From: Myxococcota bacterium
Lineage (GTDB): Bacteria > Myxococcota > SpSt-1050
NCBI GenBank assembly: GCA_049969675.1
Contig: JBMFOP010000035.1
Location: 1-12,257, forward strand
Direction: 5' to 3'
DNA length: 12,257 nt
The notes beneath the pieces are model-generated. The model was given only the letters and a program-made list of their open reading frames with translations, ran no database searches and was not told where the DNA came from. Made by a program: the position numbers and the translations under genes. Positions 7,550-12,257 of the stretch are shown one piece after another (positions within the stretch are counted from its first letter, which is position 1; every line of letters starts with the position of its first letter).

Positions 7550-7578
7550 ATTCTACACTACCGAAGCTTCCATATAAA
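7550..7578 (-). promoter_or_regulatory. Putative sigma70 promoter upstream of the minigene/remnant
   Basis: Minus strand TTTATA (7578-7573), 17 bp spacer, TAGAAT (7555-7550). The spacer holds the perfect palindrome GAAGCTTC (7563-7570). Confidence 0.4.
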
Positions 7579-7627
7579 CAATTTATTTTGGACAGATGTG
7601 ATATTTTTAAGAATCAGTATTTTTAGG

Positions 7628-7655
7628 TTGAAAAACTATATTATTCGTTTAAAAT
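7628..7655 (+). promoter_or_regulatory. Putative sigma70 promoter for the 7687 gene
   Basis: TTGAAA (7628-7633), 16 bp spacer, TAAAAT (7650-7655). RBS AGGAGG at 7672-7677 precedes ATG 7687. Confidence 0.55.
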
Positions 7656-7686
7656 CATTCCTGACTTATTTAGGAGGGTAGGATTA

Positions 7687-9276
7687 ATGCCGAGTATAAT
7701 GGACCTCGTAAGGGAATATTCAGAACTTGAGATTAAGAGAAATGAACGGGGTGGGATGCTTGATCCTCATTCAGAGATTAGGTATCAGGCATTAAAATTC
7801 TTTCTGGAATTTGACCTCTTCCCTATGCCGATACAGAAGCCGGTTGAGACATATAAGTACTATGAGAAGAAGAAGGAACCCTCTTCAGATGAGATCAAGA
7901 AGCCCGTAGAGGTCAAGCAAACAGTAGAGGTTGCTCAAAAGGATATTATTGAAGAAAAGAGAGAGGAAAGAGAAGGTTCAGAGTCCATATCAACTGCCGC
8001 CCCTGAACCAGTATCTGACATCCATAAGACTACTCTGCAAGTAGAAGATAATACTTCTACAATCAATCCACAGGTTGAGCCGATTTCTCAAATAGAAGAG
8101 GCAGTTGTTGTAGAAAATATCCCTACCATTGAAAATACAGAGGTCAACACCCCTGAAAAGGGTGAAGACGCAATTACCGGGGAGGCAGAGGTTCTTGAGA
8201 TGGTAGATGCCATTGATGGAGCGGTTGATAGTATTATTGTGGCTGATACACCAACTTTAGAGAATTTAGAACAGAGAGGGGGTTCAGAACAGAGCCCGAT
8301 TCATCTCTCTAATCCAGTAGAGGAAGTGGTTTCAAACACCGCTACAAACAATTTCGGAGAGATTAAAACAGAGGGTGTAGATCTCATCTCACAGATTGAT
8401 AATGCTATTGAGAATGCCATTCAGCCCGATGAGAAGATAGATAATCAGGTACAGATACAGGAGAGTGTAATGCCTTATATGCCGGAGATAAAGCCAGAGC
8501 AAAACAATGTGGTTATCCCCGAGATCCCGCCGATAGAAATGACTCAGTTATCAGATATTTTGACGGAGGTCAGTCATCCAATTGAAGAGAGCCATCAGGA
8601 GAAGACAATAGATATTGAGGAACTCCTTAATCCCGCTCACCTTGCTATGGAACCTGCTACAGAGACATCAAATCCAGTACTAAATATTGAAGAGATTATT
8701 TCATCCGGTGAACAAGTAGATGGGAGAACATATGGGCAGAGTCAGACTCCACCCAGATCACCTCAGATAGATTTTTTAAGTGGCATAGGTCTATCCTCTG
8801 AATCCGCAAACCCACCAATTCAAACACAGGTAGAGGAGATACTGCCTTCTGATATACTTTCTGAGGTACCCCCTTCCACCATATCTTCTCAGATGAGAGT
8901 CTTTGTTCATTCTCCTTCAAAGGCGGCTGTTCATCTGATAGATGGGGATGCAAGAAGAGGAATCATTAAGGAACTCAATGATTCACAAATGGAGGTAGAG
9001 CTCTTTGAGGATGAGACAATGCAAAATTCTATAAAGATTCCAACCTCGGAGATTAAAGCCATTTTTATTATGAGGCATAGCGGTGAGTCAATTACAATCC
9101 CGGATAATGGCGTAAAGATAAATGTCAGATTTAAAGATGACAGGTCTATATCTGGCATATCCAGTGATTATTCTGAGAGTGCAGAGGTATTTACCCTCCT
9201 CCCTGTTGATTCAATCCAGTCGGCAAGGCTTATACTTATTTATAGAGGTTTTGTAGATTCTGTGGAGGTGATATGA
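7687..9276 (+). CDS. Hypothetical protein: short helical N-terminus, long acidic Glu/Pro-rich linker, C-terminal tandem Sm-like domain (DUF6982-like)
   Basis: 529 aa with a strong RBS. Residues about 47-400 are low-complexity E/P/I/Q/S/T-rich. The C-terminal about 125 aa has two similar units, KAAVHLIDGDARRGII...IKAIFIM and KINVRFKDDRSISGIS...RLILIYR. The DUF6982 name is from recall and not searched. Confidence 0.8.
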   Translation: MPSIMDLVREYSELEIKRNERGGMLDPHSEIRYQALKFFLEFDLFPMPIQKPVETYKYYEKKKEPSSDEIKKPVEVKQTVEVAQKDIIEEKREEREGSESISTAAPEPVSDIHKTTLQVEDNTSTINPQVEPISQIEEAVVVENIPTIENTEVNTPEKGEDAITGEAEVLEMVDAIDGAVDSIIVADTPTLENLEQRGGSEQSPIHLSNPVEEVVSNTATNNFGEIKTEGVDLISQIDNAIENAIQPDEKIDNQVQIQESVMPYMPEIKPEQNNVVIPEIPPIEMTQLSDILTEVSHPIEESHQEKTIDIEELLNPAHLAMEPATETSNPVLNIEEIISSGEQVDGRTYGQSQTPPRSPQIDFLSGIGLSSESANPPIQTQVEEILPSDILSEVPPSTISSQMRVFVHSPSKAAVHLIDGDARRGIIKELNDSQMEVELFEDETMQNSIKIPTSEIKAIFIMRHSGESITIPDNGVKINVRFKDDRSISGISSDYSESAEVFTLLPVDSIQSARLILIYRGFVDSVEVI

Positions 9277-9578
9277 GATTCTGCTCCATCCTGTTATCAC
9301 TGCTGATAATAATATCTCTTTTGAGTTGTTGTCATCACCATAGACACCATAGTAATGTATCTTTTGGCTTTATTTTTGCCCCTATTTCAATTGGTAGAGC
9401 CTCCTATCAGGTATATGTGCACGACGACCATATTCACGATGAATTCTGTGGACATCCAAGGAGATGGTATAATGGTAGATGGGTCTATTTCTACAATGGT
9501 AGATGGGAATACTACGATTATGAAGAGCAGGTCTATTACTACATCCCTTCAGAACTGTTGGAGGGAGAGGGTGAGTGA
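9273..9578 (+). CDS. Small His- and aromatic-rich putative lipoprotein
   Basis: ATGA overlap with the upstream stop (9273-9276), preceded by GGAGG. Signal peptide ending LLS-C, then CHHHRHH, HDDHIHDEFCGH and two YNGRW repeats. Confidence 0.8.
   Translation: MRFCSILLSLLIIISLLSCCHHHRHHSNVSFGFIFAPISIGRASYQVYVHDDHIHDEFCGHPRRWYNGRWVYFYNGRWEYYDYEEQVYYYIPSELLEGEGE
9471..9507 (+). repeat. 13-bp direct repeat with 24-bp period inside the His-rich lipoprotein gene
   Basis: AATGGTAGATGGG at 9471-9483 and 9495-9507, each encoding NGRW. Confidence 0.85.
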
Positions 9579-10440
9579 TATTAATTCTTATATAGCCTCG
9601 GTAAAGAATCGTGTAGATCTCTATATTGAGCAATATTATGCAAAGAGAAGAGATAGAATACCTGAGAGACTTTTAGAGGTATTAAGTTATGCCATATTCC
9701 CGGGTGGGAAGATGCTGAGACCGGCGCTTTTGTGTGGGATGTGTGAGGAGATGGGTTCTGATTCGTCTATGGCGCTTCCGGTGGCAGGTGCGGTTGAGCT
9801 TATTCATACATTCTCCCTTGTACATGATGACCTCCCCTGTATGGATAATGATGATTATCGCAGAGGTAGAGAGACTGTTCATAAAAGATATTCAGAGGGA
9901 TTGGCTCTTTTATCCGGGGATGCAATGCTTGCAGACGCATTTGGAATAATCGCCAGTTCGGTGGAGCTGGGAGATAATATAAAAAATAGGATTGTCGGAC
10001 TTGTCTCAGAGTATATCGGTTCATCTGGTATGATTGGAGGACAGGTGCTGGATATAGAGTATCAGATGGGGAAGCGCCCCGCGGATATTGATAGGATAAT
10101 AAGACTTAAGACGGCAAATATGTTCATCCTTTCTGTATTGTCTGGGGCAATTTGCTCAGGTAGAGAATTCAATGAAAAGGAGTTTATAGATTTTGGTGAG
10201 AATTTTGGCTTTCTTTTTCAACTGACAGATGACATTCTGGACCTCTACCAGGATAAGAGGGGGTCACTCAATATAGTTGAGATTGAGGGTTTTGAGAAGG
10301 TCTTCAACAGGATTGACGAAAAGTATAGAAATATAATCCACTTTATTGAAAGGTCCAGTCTAAATATGGGGATTGTGCGTGGGATTACAGAACTGGTTGT
10401 AAAAAGGGTTCAAAATATTAGAGAGACGCATAATATTTAA
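9571..10440 (+). CDS. ispA: Short-chain polyprenyl diphosphate synthase (FPP/GGPP synthase, IspA family)
   Basis: GGKMLRP; first Asp-rich motif FSLVHDDLPCMDNDDYRRG; GDAML; GMIGGQVLD; LKTA; second motif FQLTDDILD. The likely start is GTG 9571 (in frame, after GGAGGGAG, 8-nt overlap with the upstream gene, 289 aa) rather than 9355. Confidence 0.9.
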   Translation: MSDINSYIASVKNRVDLYIEQYYAKRRDRIPERLLEVLSYAIFPGGKMLRPALLCGMCEEMGSDSSMALPVAGAVELIHTFSLVHDDLPCMDNDDYRRGRETVHKRYSEGLALLSGDAMLADAFGIIASSVELGDNIKNRIVGLVSEYIGSSGMIGGQVLDIEYQMGKRPADIDRIIRLKTANMFILSVLSGAICSGREFNEKEFIDFGENFGFLFQLTDDILDLYQDKRGSLNIVEIEGFEKVFNRIDEKYRNIIHFIERSSLNMGIVRGITELVVKRVQNIRETHNI

Positions 10441-10464
10441 TTAAGTTGAAGGCGATTAATGGCT

Positions 10465-10493
10465 TTGACAAACAGAAAATTTCTTATTAAAAT
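10465..10493 (+). promoter_or_regulatory. Near-consensus sigma70 promoter
   Basis: TTGACA (10465-10470), 17 bp spacer, TAAAAT (10488-10493). RBS TAAGGAG at 10503-10509 precedes ATG 10516. Confidence 0.8.
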
Positions 10494-10515
10494 AGCCCTC
10501 ATTAAGGAGTAAACC

Positions 10516-10932
10516 ATGGTCAGAAGCGAAATTTTTGTAGAATGTACAAAGGAGCATTTCCTTGATACGGTCTGGAATTTTAAAGACTATCCACAATTCT
10601 TAAAGGAAGTAAAATCAATAGAGGTAAAAGATCTGGGAGAGAATGAGAGAGAGGTTACATATGAGATAGACCTGATAAAGAGGGTTAGATACACCTTGAG
10701 GATGAAGAGGTCTGCAAACAGGATTGAATGGACATTTGTAAAAGGTGATATGATGAAGGATAATAGGGGTTCATGGGAGGTTGAGGAGGTCCCTGATGGG
10801 AAGACCAGGGTAATATATCAGGTGGATATCAAGTTTGGTTTACTTGTTCCCGGCTCCGTTGTAGATATGCTTACAAAAGTTAATCTGCCTCAGATGCTAA
10901 ATGCATTTAAGTCTCAGGCGGAGAAGAAGTAA
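10516..10932 (+). CDS. SRPBCC/START-fold protein (polyketide cyclase/dehydrase, Coq10/RatA-like)
   Basis: 138 aa. VWNFKDYPQFLKEVKSI, IEWTFVKGDMMKDNRGSWEV, TRVIYQV and a C-terminal helix LPQMLNAFKSQAE match the family pattern. Confidence 0.88.
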   Translation: MVRSEIFVECTKEHFLDTVWNFKDYPQFLKEVKSIEVKDLGENEREVTYEIDLIKRVRYTLRMKRSANRIEWTFVKGDMMKDNRGSWEVEEVPDGKTRVIYQVDIKFGLLVPGSVVDMLTKVNLPQMLNAFKSQAEKK

Positions 10933-10945
10933 AGGAGACTCAAAG

Positions 10946-11518
10946 ATGTTGGTAGAGATTGATGTAGGTACCAAACTCAAAAGATTTAGAGAGACTATGA
11001 ATATGAGTCTTCAGATGCTCGCAAAGGAGTCTGGTGTCTCAGAGCAGTTCATCAGTGATATAGAGAATCACAAGATCAGCCCACCGCTCGGTACACTAAC
11101 GAGGATTGCCAAAGCCCTCAATATTAAGGTCGGTAGATTCTTTGAAGAGGGTCCCAGAAAGGCATATTCCCTCGTCAGGAAAGATGAGGGCGGCTATATG
11201 TCAAAATTTCAGGGGAAGAATATGGAGAGTATGGGCGTTCAGTATCTCTCCCTCGGATTTGAGAAGCGTGAGAGATTGATGGAGCCCTTTCTGGTGACTC
11301 TAACGGAGGAATCAAGGAGTCATAGTAAGGTGAGCCTTACGCATCCAGGTGAAGAGTTTATATACATCATTGAAGGAGATATTGAATTTGAGATAATGGG
11401 TAGGACCGAGATTCTGCATAAGGGAGACTCTGCATACTTTGATTCATCAATGCCGCACTCAATCAAGCTTGCATCCGGCAAGGTTGCTGTATATCTTGCA
11501 ATTTTTGCGGATAAATAG
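10946..11518 (+). CDS. XRE-family HTH transcriptional regulator with C-terminal cupin domain
   Basis: Start ATG 10946 after AAAGGAG (190 aa). HTH VGTKLKRFRE..MSLQMLAKESGVSEQFISDIENHKISPPLGTLTRIAKAL; cupin HPGEEFIYIIEG...GDSAYFDSSMPH. Confidence 0.92.
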   Translation: MLVEIDVGTKLKRFRETMNMSLQMLAKESGVSEQFISDIENHKISPPLGTLTRIAKALNIKVGRFFEEGPRKAYSLVRKDEGGYMSKFQGKNMESMGVQYLSLGFEKRERLMEPFLVTLTEESRSHSKVSLTHPGEEFIYIIEGDIEFEIMGRTEILHKGDSAYFDSSMPHSIKLASGKVAVYLAIFADK

Positions 11519-11556
11519 TATATAAATATTATCAACCTGATTAAGGAGTTATGATT

Positions 11557-12225
11557 ATGAAGAGAGCCGTTATTATGATGATTATCTTTCTGACAATTAT
11601 CTCCGGGTGTAACAGGCAGAAGTCTCTGGTTGAGGAGGGAGATAAATTTAGAGAGGAGGGAAAATTTGATGAGGCGATTGCCAGATATAGCGAGGCACTC
11701 AAGATGGATGAGAAATCAGAGTTTGGCTCAATGGCAAGGACCGGACTCCTGATGTCAATGTACAATAAGGCAGAGAAGGTTGAAAAGGAAGGTGACCTCA
11801 AAAAGGCATTTGAGCTCTATGACCAGTGGCTGAATGCAAATCCAGAGGAAGATAAAAATAAAGCCAAAGCAAAGATAGTAAGTAATGCAGAACAGGCGAC
11901 AATAAGGGTCCTTTCCAGACAGATAAATGAAGAATCGCTCAACCAGATCAAATTCCTCGCAGATATCATCTTGAAATATGACCAGTCAGCCTTCAAAAAG
12001 GCGGTCTGGAATGCACTTATGGCATTTAATCAGAAGAATGTAGAGATGTTTATAAACAACTACAAAGATGCATCAGAGAAGAAGCCCAAACTTATTTATG
12101 AACCATATAAGACATTACTGGATTTCTTTGACCAGAAGGTAATGGAGATGCTCGCCGCTCAATCACAGCAGGAGCCTGTTGAACAGAAAGCCGCACCAGC
12201 CAAGAAAGCCGGTAAAAAGAAGTAG
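11557..12225 (+). CDS. TPR-containing lipoprotein
   Basis: AAGGAG (11543-11548) is better spaced to ATG 11557 than to 11551. Signal MKRAVIMMIIFLTIISG-C. TPR-like motifs EGDKFREEGKFDEAIARYSEALKMD and KAEKVEKEGDLKKAFELYDQWLNANP. Lys/Ala/Pro tail. Confidence 0.85.
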   Translation: MKRAVIMMIIFLTIISGCNRQKSLVEEGDKFREEGKFDEAIARYSEALKMDEKSEFGSMARTGLLMSMYNKAEKVEKEGDLKKAFELYDQWLNANPEEDKNKAKAKIVSNAEQATIRVLSRQINEESLNQIKFLADIILKYDQSAFKKAVWNALMAFNQKNVEMFINNYKDASEKKPKLIYEPYKTLLDFFDQKVMEMLAAQSQQEPVEQKAAPAKKAGKKK

Positions 12226-12257
12226 TATATTCCCGGTCTCTTCTGTTGTATCAATAT

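Noticed and set aside
9355..9570. 72-aa N-terminal extension of the prenyl synthase in the ORF track
   Set aside because: It overlaps the His-rich lipoprotein in another frame. GTG 9571 has an SD and gives a normal family length.
8696..11801. Nested ORFs 8696-8953, 8931-9158, 9382-9633, 9682-9882, 9734-9949, 9800-10024, 11320-11535 and 11541-11801
   Set aside because: They overlap better-supported genes and show no recognisable protein features.
12202..12243. Imperfect inverted repeat around the TPR gene stop as an intrinsic terminator
   Set aside because: Long loop, mismatched stem and weak U-tract. The window ends too soon to judge.
1..12257. CRISPR array, tRNA/rRNA, intein, transposase/integrase, toxin-antitoxin or defence genes
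   Set aside because: No periodic repeat-spacer pattern, cloverleaf, splicing motifs or recombinase/nuclease motifs were seen. The SRPBCC gene lacks a RatB/RnfH partner.

Overview
AT-rich bacterial chromosomal window, mostly housekeeping and envelope genes, with no recognisable mobile element, CRISPR array, RNA gene or defence system. On +, the 3' end of an unknown gene is followed by dnaE (DNA polymerase III alpha, intact PHP metal site, no intein). Converging on it from the - strand is a probable four-gene unit: a PHP-fold protein with degenerate metal ligands, a lipoprotein with DxNxDG repeats, a Na/Pi cotransporter with PhoU domains, and a small 3-TM protein. After a divergent 7260-7686 intergenic region come, on +, a long acidic linker protein with a tandem Sm-like (DUF6982-like) C-terminus, a His-rich lipoprotein, a short-chain polyprenyl synthase, an SRPBCC/START protein, an XRE-cupin regulator and a TPR lipoprotein. 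Several proteins resemble, from memory only, families typical of Myxococcota/Deltaproteobacteria. I cannot claim a new system. The best leads are (1) a promoter and strong RBS pointing at a dead or 3-codon ORF ahead of the minus-strand operon, (2) that operon itself, and (3) the translationally coupled acidic protein, His lipoprotein and prenyl synthase unit.
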